Shown here piece after piece: positions 23,746-32,823 of a stretch of DNA of 42,195 nucleotides (position 1 is its first letter; the number at the start of each line of letters is the position of its first letter). The DNA comes from Clostridia bacterium. Its GTDB lineage: Bacteria > Bacillota > Clostridia > Oscillospirales > CAG-272. The translations under genes were made by a program, and so were the position numbers. The stretch is taken from the NCBI GenBank assembly GCA_029010655.1, contig JAQXKW010000092.1:1-42195 (forward strand), written 5' to 3'. The notes under the pieces were generated by a model, which had not been told where the DNA came from, did not search any database, and saw nothing but the letters and a program-made list of their open reading frames with translations.

Positions 23746-24036
23746 TCATTTTTCGGTTATACTGTATATAAACGGAGCAAAACCGTAAGATTTTCTGAAT
23801 TCTATATTATCATCTAATATTCGGTGCATTGTTTTCAGCGAGTCTGCAAAATCTTTCGGCAAGGTACTTTCGCCCTTGATTATTACCATATCAGCATCGC
23901 ATTCACTCCGCAGTAAATCCCAGAAAGCATCCCAGTTCTTTCCGTACCATTCGGGAAAGTCAAACGCTGTCCTTATTCTTTCGTGGATTTCATCGAGATA
24001 TGTGCAGCCTGTCAGATCCAATTCAATAGTTTTCAT
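23746..24036 (-). CDS. Barstar-family ribonuclease inhibitor
   Basis: 96 aa. FPEWYGKNWDAFWDLL parallels barstar LPEYYGENLDALWDCL. The RBS AAGGAG overlaps the stop of the upstream remnant ORF. Confidence 0.8.
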   Translation of the reverse strand: MKTIELDLTGCTYLDEIHERIRTAFDFPEWYGKNWDAFWDLLRSECDADMVIIKGESTLPKDFADSLKTMHRILDDNIEFRKSYGFAPFIYSITEK

Positions 24037-24045
24037 ATTTGCTCC

Positions 24046-24249
24046 TTACTCAATTTCAAAAAATGTTGAATAATGGTCGTATGTAACAAAAATCAAACCA
24101 TCATTTGACCATACTATTCGTTGTGAAGCAAGACTTCCTGTGGATATTATACCACAATTATATACATATGTTAAGTGAAAATCTCCCTGTGACGGCAATG
24201 AATATATGTAATACTTGACAAAACTGATATGCTGTGATATAATCCACAC
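24046..24249 (-). pseudogene. Truncated, degenerate barnase-like ribonuclease remnant
   Basis: The C-terminal SQRIVWSNDGLIFVTYDHYSTFFEIE aligns with barnase SDRILYSSDWLIYKTTDHYQTFTKIR. The N-terminal ~60 aa of the fold are missing. The position equivalent to catalytic Glu73 appears substituted. The only start is a GTG lying inside the valS promoter. Confidence 0.6.
24215..24243 (+). promoter_or_regulatory. Consensus sigma-A promoter of the valS T-box leader
   Basis: TTGACA (24215-24220), a 17-nt spacer, then TATAAT (24238-24243). Confidence 0.8.
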
Positions 24250-24465
24250 ATAGGCTGTGATGAGGAAGAGTAGCGAAAGTGTGCCGAAAAAGAGAGCAGC
24301 GGCAGGTGAAAAGCTGCGGCAAAATTTCGTGAAGGTAGCCTCGGAGCTTCCGAAATGAGAAACTCTGATTTAGTTTCGGACGTTTTCTGCGTTAAAGATT
24401 TGAGCTATAAGTTTAGGTGGTACCGCGCTTTCGCGCCCTGATTTTTCAGGGCGCTTTTTAGTTTT
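24250..24465 (+). promoter_or_regulatory. T-box riboswitch leader (tRNA-Val sensing inferred) with intrinsic terminator
   Basis: Stem I elements are present: a GA/K-turn-like GTGATGAGG, AGTA, the AG bay AAAAAGAGAG, and a distal loop with GGTGAAA. The T-box sequence is TTTAGGTGGTACCGCG (24411-24427). The terminator is GCGCCCTG-ATTTTT-CAGGGCGC-TTTTT (24433-24459). Confidence 0.85.
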
Positions 24466-24492
24466 TTGAAAAAATTCAATGAGGAGATATAT

Positions 24493-27180
24493 ATGAGAAA
24501 AGAACTTCCGAAGACCTATAATCCTGCGGATTTTGAGGACAGAATTTATTCCGCATGGTGCGAAAAGGGCTACTTTACCCCGAAAATCGACAAATCAAAG
24601 CCCCATTATTCAATAGTAATTCCCCCGCCGAACATAACGGGACAGCTCCATATGGGACATGCTCTGGATAACACCTTACAGGATATTCTTATCCGCTATA
24701 AGAGAATGAGCGGCTATGAAACCCTGTGGCTTCCCGGCACGGACCATGCGTCTATTGCCACAGAGGCGAAAATCGTTGAGGCAATGAGAAACGAGGGGCT
24801 TTCCAAAGAGGATGTAGGCAGAGACGGCTTTCTTGAGAGAGCGTGGGACTGGAGAGCGAAATACGGCGGCAGAATTATAGAACAGCTTAAAAAGTTAGGC
24901 TCCTCCTGCGACTGGACAAGAGAGCGCTTTACCCTTGACGAGGGCTGCTCCAAGGCTGTCCGCACCGTATTTATGAAGCTTTACGATAAAGGGCTTATTT
25001 ACCGCGGAAACCGTATGGTAAACTGGTGCCCCAAGTGTATGACCTCCATTTCCGACGCAGAGGTGGACTATGCGGAAAAGGAGGGCAGTTTCTGGCATTT
25101 GCTGTATACCGTAAAGGAAACAGGCGAAAAGCTGGAGCTTGCCACCACCCGTCCCGAAACAATGCTGGGCGATACCGCCGTAGCCATTAACGGGGAAGAC
25201 CCCAGATATGCCCATCTCCACGGGTGTCACGTTATCCTGCCCCTGCTTAATAAGGAAATTCCCATTGTTTGCGACGAGCACGCCGATATGACAAAGGGTA
25301 CGGGCGTTGTTAAGATCACTCCCGCCCACGACCCCAACGACTTCGAGGTAGGTCAGCGCCACGATCTGCCCCTTGTCCGTGTGTTCACCTATGACGGCAG
25401 AATGACGGGCGCAAAGGAGGCGGCGGAGTCCGCAGAGAGATTCAGAAAAGGAATTGCCACCGCAGGCGAGCCTATGGTGCTGGACTGCGGAAAATACGCA
25501 GGCATGACCGCTCAGGAGGCGAGACGGGCAATTGTCGCCGACCTTGAGCAGGGCGGCTATCTCAAGGAGATTGAGCCCCTAAAGCACGATGTGGGAACCT
25601 GCTACCGCTGTCACACGGTTATCGAGCCTATGGTTTCAAAGCAGTGGTTCGTTAAAATGAAGCCCCTTGCAGAGCCTGCAATCGAGGCAGTACGCACGGG
25701 CAAGGTGAAATTCGTTCCCGAAAGATTTGAAAAGAACTATTTCCATTGGATGGAGAATATCCGTGACTGGTGCATTTCCCGTCAGCTTTGGTGGGGACAC
25801 AGAATTCCCGCATATTACTGCGATAACGACGACTGCGGAGAGACCGTAGTTTCCCTTGACGCACCCTGCAAGTGTCCCAAGTGCGGTGCTGCCATGACTC
25901 AGGACCCCGACACCCTTGACACATGGTTCTCCTCCGCTCTGTGGCCCTTCTCCACAATGGGCTGGCCCGACAAGACCGAGGATCTTGAATATTTCTATCC
26001 TACAAACACGCTTGTAACAGGCTACGATATAATCACCTTCTGGGTTTCCAGAATGATTTTCTCCGCATTGGAGTACACGGGCACCGTACCCTTTGATACG
26101 GTTCTTATCCACGGACTTGTCCGTGACGCACAGGGGCGCAAAATGTCAAAATCCCTGGGCAACGGCATTGACCCCCTGGAAATTATCGACCGCTACGGCG
26201 CAGATGCGCTCCGCTTTGCGCTGGCAACGGGCAACAGCCCCGGAAACGACATGAGATTTTCAGACGAGAAGATCGAGGCGGCAAGAAACTTCGCCAATAA
26301 GCTGTGGAACGCCGCACGCTTCGTAATGATGAATCTGAAAATCGAAAAAATAGAGCTTCCCCCCGTTGAAAGGCTGAAAGCGGAGGATAAATGGATTCTT
26401 TCCCGCTTCAATGCGGCGGTGGCAAATGTTAATCTTAATCTTGATAAGTACGAAATCGGCATAGCACTTTCCACACTTTACGATTTCATCTGGGACGAAT
26501 ACTGCGACTGGTACATTGAGCTTTCAAAGACCTCCGCAGATTCAAAGGATACACAGAACGTCCTTGCATGGGTGCTCCGTGAAACGCTGAAGCTGCTTCA
26601 TCCCTTTATGCCTTTCATTACCGAGGAGATTTATTCTGGACTTCCCGGCGAAGAGGGCAGTATCATGATCGAGAAGTATCCCACGGCAGACGAGAAGCTG
26701 AATTTTGAGGAAGCCGCCGATTTTGAAAAGGTTATCGACGCTATCCGTGCTATCCGTACACGCCGCTCCGAAATGAACGTTCCCCCGTCCCGTAAGGCAA
26801 AGCTCTATATAATCACAAAAGAGCCTAATGCATTCGGCGAGTATTCACATCCCTTCTTTATGAAGCTGGCTTCTGCTTCGGAGGTTAGCGTCGTGTCCGA
26901 GTTTTCCGAGGAGGGCGCAGTTCAGATTATTACCGACAGCGCAACAATTTATATTCCCCTTGCGGATATGGTGGATTTTGCGGCGGAGAGAAAGCGTCTT
27001 GAGGGCGAGCTGAAAGCCGTTTGCTCAGAGATTGCCAGAAGCGAGGGCAAGCTGAAAAACGAAGGCTTTGTTGCAAAAGCTCCGGCGGCGGTAGTCGAAG
27101 CGGAGCGGGAAAAGCTGGAAAAATACAAGGCTCAGAAGCTGGGTATTGAAGAAGCTCTTGCGGCGATAGCCGATAAATAA
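24493..27180 (+). CDS. valS: Valine--tRNA ligase
   Basis: HIGH (PPPNITGQLHMGHAL), KMSKS (KMSKSLGN), an editing domain and a C-terminal coiled coil. The ATG at 24493 has GAGGAG upstream. Confidence 0.95.
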   Translation: MRKELPKTYNPADFEDRIYSAWCEKGYFTPKIDKSKPHYSIVIPPPNITGQLHMGHALDNTLQDILIRYKRMSGYETLWLPGTDHASIATEAKIVEAMRNEGLSKEDVGRDGFLERAWDWRAKYGGRIIEQLKKLGSSCDWTRERFTLDEGCSKAVRTVFMKLYDKGLIYRGNRMVNWCPKCMTSISDAEVDYAEKEGSFWHLLYTVKETGEKLELATTRPETMLGDTAVAINGEDPRYAHLHGCHVILPLLNKEIPIVCDEHADMTKGTGVVKITPAHDPNDFEVGQRHDLPLVRVFTYDGRMTGAKEAAESAERFRKGIATAGEPMVLDCGKYAGMTAQEARRAIVADLEQGGYLKEIEPLKHDVGTCYRCHTVIEPMVSKQWFVKMKPLAEPAIEAVRTGKVKFVPERFEKNYFHWMENIRDWCISRQLWWGHRIPAYYCDNDDCGETVVSLDAPCKCPKCGAAMTQDPDTLDTWFSSALWPFSTMGWPDKTEDLEYFYPTNTLVTGYDIITFWVSRMIFSALEYTGTVPFDTVLIHGLVRDAQGRKMSKSLGNGIDPLEIIDRYGADALRFALATGNSPGNDMRFSDEKIEAARNFANKLWNAARFVMMNLKIEKIELPPVERLKAEDKWILSRFNAAVANVNLNLDKYEIGIALSTLYDFIWDEYCDWYIELSKTSADSKDTQNVLAWVLRETLKLLHPFMPFITEEIYSGLPGEEGSIMIEKYPTADEKLNFEEAADFEKVIDAIRAIRTRRSEMNVPPSRKAKLYIITKEPNAFGEYSHPFFMKLASASEVSVVSEFSEEGAVQIITDSATIYIPLADMVDFAAERKRLEGELKAVCSEIARSEGKLKNEGFVAKAPAAVVEAEREKLEKYKAQKLGIEEALAAIADK

Positions 27181-27208
27181 TCGTGCCGTATAATCGGCAG
27201 GAGGCAAT

Positions 27209-28090
27209 ATGAGTTCAAAAGTATTCTTTTCAAGGGAAATAACTCCCGAAAAAGTCATAGAAATGTACGACGCTCTGGGCATAACCCTGCCCGGAAAGGT
27301 AGCCGCAAAGGTTCATTCCGGCGAAAAGGGAAATCAGAATTTCCTGCGCCCCGAATTTTGGAAGCCCGTTATAGATAAAGTAGGCGGCACGGTGGTGGAA
27401 TGTAATACTGCATACGAGGGCATGAGAAACAGTGCAAAAAAGCATATGGAATTGCTTTCGTACCACGGCTGGTCAAAATACTTTGACGTGGATATTATGG
27501 ACAGCGAAAAGCCCGACCTTGCCGTGCCCGTAAAGGGCGGAAAGGTGCTGTCGGAAAACCGCCTGGGGAGAAATATTAAAAAATATGATTCCATGATAGT
27601 GCTGTCCCACTTCAAGGGACACCCCATGGGCGGCTACGGCGGAGCACTGAAACAGCTTTCAATCGGCTGTGCCTCCTCGGAGGGCAAAAGCCTTATCCAT
27701 TCCGCAGGCTATACGGATGATCAGAATATTGTGTGGAAGCACACAGCGCCGCAGGACAGATTTCTCGAAGCAATGGCGGAGGCCGCATCAACCGTGACGG
27801 AAATGTTCAAAGATAAAATCGCATATATCAATATTATGTGCAACCTTTCCGTAGACTGCGACTGCTGTGCGGTTGCGGAGGACCCCTGCATGAAGGATAT
27901 AGGAATACTTTCGTCCACCGACCCGGTGGCAGTAGATCAAGCGTGTCTTGACCTTATCTATGCCGCAAAGGACGATCCCGGGCAGGCGCATTTCCTCGAA
28001 AGACTGGAAAGCCGACACGGTATTCATACCGTTGAGGCGGCGGAGATGCTTGGAATCGGCTCCCGTGACTACGAGCTTATTGAAATATAG
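27209..28090 (+). CDS. DUF362 domain protein
   Basis: 293 aa. The N-terminal KVFFS..ITPEKV...YDALG...GKVAAKVHSGE layout and the C-terminal Cys cluster (CNLSVDCDCC) are typical of DUF362 proteins. RBS AGGAGG. No terminator lies between it and valS. Confidence 0.65.
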   Translation: MSSKVFFSREITPEKVIEMYDALGITLPGKVAAKVHSGEKGNQNFLRPEFWKPVIDKVGGTVVECNTAYEGMRNSAKKHMELLSYHGWSKYFDVDIMDSEKPDLAVPVKGGKVLSENRLGRNIKKYDSMIVLSHFKGHPMGGYGGALKQLSIGCASSEGKSLIHSAGYTDDQNIVWKHTAPQDRFLEAMAEAASTVTEMFKDKIAYINIMCNLSVDCDCCAVAEDPCMKDIGILSSTDPVAVDQACLDLIYAAKDDPGQAHFLERLESRHGIHTVEAAEMLGIGSRDYELIEI

Positions 28091-28097
28091 TCTTTGA

Positions 28098-28132
28098 GCG
28101 GCTGGCTGCTAGCGGCTAGCAGCTGGCATTAA
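28098..28132 (+). repeat. Heptamer tandem array (GCGGCTG GCTGCTA GCGGCTA GCAGCTG GCATTAA)
   Basis: Starts 8 nt after the DUF362 stop and runs directly into a CATTAACGGCGGCGAAGCCGCC module. Confidence 0.75.
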
Positions 28133-28214
28133 CGGCGGCGAAGCCGCCGCACAGGGGGGAGACGCAAACGTCTCCCCCCTGTCATTGCAGGGGTGCAAAG
28201 CACCCGTGGCAATC
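28127..28214 (+). repeat. Solo copy of the extended unit (CATTAACGGCGGCGAAGCCGCC, hairpin, GTCATTGCAGG-hairpin-GTGGCAATC)
   Basis: Same module order as 1641-1733 but with different stem sequences (GGGGGGAGACG/CGTCTCCCCCC and GGGTGC/GCACCC). Confidence 0.75.
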
Positions 28215-28267
28215 TCTGCGTATGATTTGATGTTCTCTCCGTCAGCAAAAAATGCGATAATAATACC

Positions 28268-28404
28268 GTAGGGCGGGGGCTTGCTCCCGCCGTTTGTTAT
28301 TGATTTCTGAAAATCATTCGTCGACAAGATTAACATACGGTTTATTACCCATAAAGAACAGTACAAATTCTACGCAAAACGGCGGGAGCAAGCCCCCGCC
28401 CTAC
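28268..28404. repeat. REPIN-like doublet: two perfect 28-nt GTAG-headed palindromic repeats in inverted orientation around an 81-nt AT-rich spacer
   Basis: GTAGGGCGGGGGCTTGCTCCCGCCGTTT at 28268-28295 has its exact reverse complement at 28377-28404. Each arm contains the GGCGGG/CCCGCC hairpin. Confidence 0.8.
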
Positions 28405-28445
28405 TGGTCTGCCGCCACCGCCCGTCTATGCAGCGCCCGTACGCT

Positions 28446-28661
28446 GTCATTGCGAGACGGGCGTTCTGCCCGTCGTGGCAATCCTTACTGACGGTTTTAC
28501 AAGTCGGGGCGTCTTAATCTGCTTGCCTCCCACTCCCTTCCCTCGGCATCATTATGATGCCGAAATAGAGTAATCGGAAATCAAAAAGCCTTCTACATTA
28601 AGACGAGAAATAACACACGTAAGGATTGCCACGGACGGCATTATGCCGCCCTCGCAATGAC
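28446..28661. repeat. Composite inverted-repeat element, copy B (43-nt units at 28446-28488 and 28619-28661)
   Basis: It is the reverse complement of 1691-1908. The central palindrome TCGGCATCATTATGATGCCGA is at 28543-28563. Confidence 0.8.
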
Positions 28662-28763
28662 ATTGTACGTGCGGTGCAACGGTCAAAGGCACCGGCAAAT
28701 CGCCCCCAGAGATTACCACGGGGCGTTGGCGATTTTTGGTTTTGATTTGAGTCCCTTTTATTA

Positions 28764-28808
28764 AAAGTTTTTGGGGGTTCGGGGGATTTTTTCAAAAATC
28801 CCCCGAGT
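28764..28808. repeat. Palindromic module AAAGTTTTTGGGGG-TCGGGGGATTTTTTCAAAAATCCCCCGA
   Basis: Second copy of the module at 2036-2085, in the same orientation and the same position relative to a minus-strand gene terminator. Confidence 0.75.
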
Positions 28809-28814
28809 GAACAT

Positions 28815-28850
28815 AACAACGGCGGTCGCAAAAATGCGACCGCCGTTGTT
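28815..28850. terminator. Terminator hairpin downstream of nadE (bidirectional geometry)
   Basis: AACAACGGCGGTCGC-AAAAAT-GCGACCGCCGTTGTT, a 15-bp perfect stem that ends 4 nt from the nadE stop. Confidence 0.7.
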
Positions 28851-28854
28851 ATTC

Positions 28855-29607
28855 TTATTCGGACATTTCGGACATGTCAAAGGAGGGCATGGGCAAGAGT
28901 TTGAACTCATTCAGCTTATGCAGTCTGTCTATTTTCTCCTTTGTTGCCGTATCGTCTATTTCGCCTGTGCGTATGTATCTGTCAAGCACCGCATATGTAA
29001 AGCCTAAATTATCCTCGTCGGTTTTTCCGCAAAGACCGTCAATGGGAGTCTTTTCAACAAGCTGTATGGGAAGTCCTAAGGATTTGCCCAGGAGCTTTAC
29101 CTCTGTCACCGTAAGGTTGCACAGAGGGCTGAAATCCCCTGCGCCGTCGCCGTATCTTGTGGCATATCCCACGTAATCCTCGGAAAGATTGCAGGTGTTT
29201 GCAACCCGTCCGTTAAGGCTTTGGCTGACCGCATACAGGGTAGCCATACGGATTCGTGCAGGCAGATTCATTTTCGTCTGAGGGCTGATTTCGCCCACGG
29301 CGCCGATGCTGGAAATTGCGGCGTCCACCGTGTTCTTGATATTAATTTCAAAGTGCTTTATTCCCAAATGCGATACCAGCAGACGTGCCATGTCAATATC
29401 GCTCTGAATGCCGCAGGGCATGAGAACGCCCACTACACGGTCACGCCCCAGAGCTTCAACGCAAAGAGCCGCAACTACTGAGGAATCCTTTCCGCCGGAA
29501 ATGCCTACTACCGCCACGCAGTTCTTTCCGTTTTCCTCGAAGAAACTGCGAATCCAGTCAATACACGCTTTTTTTACCTTTTCCGTTTCAAAAGCCTTTG
29601 CTTTCAT
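28855..29607 (-). CDS. nadE: NH3-dependent NAD+ synthetase
   Basis: 250 aa with the PP-loop GISGGKDSSVVAAL and ...YGDGAGD... . Confidence 0.85.
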   Translation of the reverse strand: MKAKAFETEKVKKACIDWIRSFFEENGKNCVAVVGISGGKDSSVVAALCVEALGRDRVVGVLMPCGIQSDIDMARLLVSHLGIKHFEINIKNTVDAAISSIGAVGEISPQTKMNLPARIRMATLYAVSQSLNGRVANTCNLSEDYVGYATRYGDGAGDFSPLCNLTVTEVKLLGKSLGLPIQLVEKTPIDGLCGKTDEDNLGFTYAVLDRYIRTGEIDDTATKEKIDRLHKLNEFKLLPMPSFDMSEMSE

Positions 29608-29640
29608 AAAATCACCAACCGTTCATTAAAATCGGAAAAT

Positions 29641-32600
29641 CTATTCTTCGTCAATTGTTGAAACGCCCAGAGTAATTTCCTCTAAAACGTCCAGAAGAAT
29701 TCTTACGGTGTCAAGAGACGTAAGCATGGCAATGTTGTTCTGTGCGGCACAGCGGCGTATGGCAACGCCGTCTCCGTAATGATTACCCGAAAGCACCGCA
29801 CGGGTGTTGATAACATAGCTTACATACCCCGCACGAATGGAATCGAGAACCTCCTCGCTTCCCTCGCTGGGCTTGTGGAGAATCTTTGTGCGGATTCCGT
29901 GGGCTTTCAGAACCTCGCCCGTAAGGGAGGTTGCCTCAATATTAAAGCCCATATCGTAAAATCTTCTGACTAAAGGCAGGGTTTCCTCCTTGTCCTCGTC
30001 CGCAACGCTTACAACCACCGTTCCGTAATTTCGGAGGGTAAGCCCCGACGCCACCAATGCCTTGTAGGCGGCACGGTGCAGCTTTTTATCGTAGCCGATA
30101 GTCTCGCCTGTGGACTTCATTTCAGGGGACAGATAAGAGTCCATGCCGTTAAGCTTTGAGAATGAGAAAGCGGGGACCTTCACATAATACCGGCTCTTTT
30201 CCTTGGGATAAAGCTCGGTTATGCCCTGTTCACGGAGACTTTTTCCGAGAATAACCCGTGTTGCTATATCCGCAAGGCTGTAACCTGTTGCCTTTGAAAG
30301 GAAAGGAACGGTACGGGAGGAACGGGGGTTTACCTCGATAATGTATACATTTTCGTTTTCGTCAACTATAAACTGAATGTTATAAAGCCCCACAATTCCG
30401 ATGCCGATGCCCAGCCGCTCGGTATAATTGAGGATAGTGCCCTTAACCTTCTGGGACAGGCTGTAAGTGGGGTATATGCTTATGGAGTCTCCCGAATGAA
30501 CGCCGGTTCTTTCCACAAGCTCCATAATGCCGGGGACAAATACCTGCTTGCCGTCGCAGACGGCGTCAACCTCAACTTCCTTGCCTTTAATATATTTATC
30601 AACCAGAACGGGCTTGTCCTCGTCGATTTCAACTGCGGTTTTCAGGTATTCTCTCAGAGCCGATTCCTTTGCCACTATCTGCATGGCTCTTCCGCCCAGA
30701 ACGAAGCTGGGGCGGACAAGCACGGGATAGCCGATTTCCTCAGCCGCCTTAACGCCCTCCTCAATAGAGGTAACGGCACGGCCCTGAGGCTGCGGGATAT
30801 TCAGAGTGCAAAGCAGTTTTTCAAAGGAGTCACGGTTTTCCGCACGGTCGATAGCGTCGCAGTCCGTGCCGATAATCTTAACGCCCCGCTCCCGCAGAGG
30901 CTCCGCCAAGTTAATGGCTGTCTGACCGCCCAGGGTTGCAATAACGCCGAAGGGCTGTTCCAGCTCAATAACGTTCATAACGTCCTCGACGCACAGAGGC
31001 TCAAAGTACAGCTTGTCGGAGCAGGTGTAATCTGTTGAGACCGTTTCCGGGTTGTTGTTGATTATAATTGCCTCAAAGCCCGATGCTTTAATGGTTTTAA
31101 CGGCGTGAACCGTAGAATAGTCAAACTCCACGCCCTGACCTATGCGGATAGGTCCCGAGCCCAGAACTATGATTTTTTTCTTCTGCGATACTACCGATTC
31201 GTTTTCTTCCTCGTAGGTGGAATAGAAATAGGGAATGTAGCTTTCAAACTCGGAGGCGCAGGTGTCAATCATCTTATAAACGGGGAAAATGCCGTTTTCC
31301 CGTCTTTTTTCAAAAATTTCCTTTTCCGGCACATTCCTGTATTCTGCAATAACCCTGTCGGAAAAGCCCATTTTTTTCGCTTCGGCAAGCATTTCCGGCG
31401 AGAGGGGATTATTCTTAATCTTTCGTTCTTCGTCCACAATGTTTTTCAGCTTGCAGATGAAGAAGCGGTCAATGGCGGTGGCGCTGTGGATTTTATCCAC
31501 GGAGCAGTCCCGTCTTAAAAGCTCCGCCATAGCGTAAATTCTGTCGTCCGTTCCTACGGTGATGTAGCTTAAAAGCTCCTCATCGCTCATTTCGTCAAAT
31601 TGGCGGCTGTGCAGATGGTACAGCCCGATTTCAAGGGAGCGCACGGCTTTGAGCAGGCTTTCCTCAAAGGTTCTGCCCACGCTCATAACCTCGCCTGTGG
31701 CTTTCATCTGGGTGGACAGGGAATGATCCGCCTCCGTAAACTTGTCAAAGGGGAAGCGGGGCATTTTTGTCACCACATAGTCAAGGGTAGGCTCAAAGGA
31801 GGCGGGAGTGTTTGCAATTCTTATTTCGTCCAGCGTCAGTCCTACGCTGATTTTTGCGGAAACTCTGGCAATGGGATAGCCGCTTGCCTTTGAAGCCAAT
31901 GCTGAGGAACGGGAAACTCTGGGGTTTACCTCTATGAGATAGTACTTAAATGATTTAGGATCCAGCGCAAACTGGACATTACAGCCGCCCTCGATTTTCA
32001 GCGCGCGTATTACCTTCAGCGCGCTGTCCCGAAGCATATGGTATTCCTTGTTGGTAAGCGTCTGGGAGGGACAGACCACAATGGAGTCCCCCGTATGTAT
32101 GCCGACGGGGTCAAGGTTTTCCATATTGCAAATGGTAACGGCGGTGTCGTTTGCGTCCCGCATTACCTCGTATTCGATTTCCTTGTAGCCCTTAATGCTT
32201 TTCTCAATAAGCACCTGATGAACGGGGGAAAGCGTCAGGGCGTTTTTCATAAGGGGAAGAAGCTCCTCTCTGTTGTCCGCAAAGCCGCCGCCGGTGCCCC
32301 CCAGCGTAAATGCAGGGCGCAGTACTACGGGATAGCCGATTTCCTCCGCAACCCTTATGCCGTCCTCCATTGAAGTGGCAATATCGGAGGCAAGTATGGG
32401 CTCGCCCAATTCCTCGCACAGCTTTTTGAACATATCACGGTCCTCTGCCCGCTCAATGCTTTCGCTTTTTGTGCCCAGCAGTTCAACACGGCATTCTCTG
32501 AGAACGCCTTTTTTCTCAAGCTGCATGGCAAGGTTAAGACCGGTCTGCCCGCCGATTCCCGGCAGAATTGCATCGGGACGCTCGTGGCGTATAATTTTTG

Positions 32601-32823
32601 AGATATATTCAAGGGTCAGCGGCTCCATATATACCTTGTCGGCAATGGAGGTGTCCGTCATAATGGTTGCAGGGTTTGAGTTGCAGAGAATAACCTCGTA
32701 GCCCTCTTCTTTCAGGGCAAGGCACGCCTGCGTGCCCGCATAGTCGAATTCCGCCGCCTGACCGATAACGATGGGACCGGACCCGATAACCATTATTTTT
32801 TTGATATCGGTTCTTTTAGGCAT
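29641..32823 (-). CDS. carB: Carbamoyl-phosphate synthase large subunit
   Basis: 1060 aa. Duplicated ATP-grasp halves ([21 protein letters not shown] and [21 protein letters not shown]) and a C-terminal MGS-like domain. Confidence 0.97.
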   Translation of the reverse strand: MPKRTDIKKIMVIGSGPIVIGQAAEFDYAGTQACLALKEEGYEVILCNSNPATIMTDTSIADKVYMEPLTLEYISKIIRHERPDAILPGIGGQTGLNLAMQLEKKGVLRECRVELLGTKSESIERAEDRDMFKKLCEELGEPILASDIATSMEDGIRVAEEIGYPVVLRPAFTLGGTGGGFADNREELLPLMKNALTLSPVHQVLIEKSIKGYKEIEYEVMRDANDTAVTICNMENLDPVGIHTGDSIVVCPSQTLTNKEYHMLRDSALKVIRALKIEGGCNVQFALDPKSFKYYLIEVNPRVSRSSALASKASGYPIARVSAKISVGLTLDEIRIANTPASFEPTLDYVVTKMPRFPFDKFTEADHSLSTQMKATGEVMSVGRTFEESLLKAVRSLEIGLYHLHSRQFDEMSDEELLSYITVGTDDRIYAMAELLRRDCSVDKIHSATAIDRFFICKLKNIVDEERKIKNNPLSPEMLAEAKKMGFSDRVIAEYRNVPEKEIFEKRRENGIFPVYKMIDTCASEFESYIPYFYSTYEEENESVVSQKKKIIVLGSGPIRIGQGVEFDYSTVHAVKTIKASGFEAIIINNNPETVSTDYTCSDKLYFEPLCVEDVMNVIELEQPFGVIATLGGQTAINLAEPLRERGVKIIGTDCDAIDRAENRDSFEKLLCTLNIPQPQGRAVTSIEEGVKAAEEIGYPVLVRPSFVLGGRAMQIVAKESALREYLKTAVEIDEDKPVLVDKYIKGKEVEVDAVCDGKQVFVPGIMELVERTGVHSGDSISIYPTYSLSQKVKGTILNYTERLGIGIGIVGLYNIQFIVDENENVYIIEVNPRSSRTVPFLSKATGYSLADIATRVILGKSLREQGITELYPKEKSRYYVKVPAFSFSKLNGMDSYLSPEMKSTGETIGYDKKLHRAAYKALVASGLTLRNYGTVVVSVADEDKEETLPLVRRFYDMGFNIEATSLTGEVLKAHGIRTKILHKPSEGSEEVLDSIRAGYVSYVINTRAVLSGNHYGDGVAIRRCAAQNNIAMLTSLDTVRILLDVLEEITLGVSTIDEE

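Noticed and set aside
24466-24492. Longest-ORF starts for valS (24466 TTG), pnp (20172), rpsO (19748 GTG), guaA (37388), purA (40023), purF (41596 TTG) and the acyltransferase (10589)
   Set aside because: In each case an internal ATG or GTG has a properly spaced GGAGG-like RBS and matches the usual N-terminus of the family. The longer forms overlap leaders, terminators or neighbouring genes.
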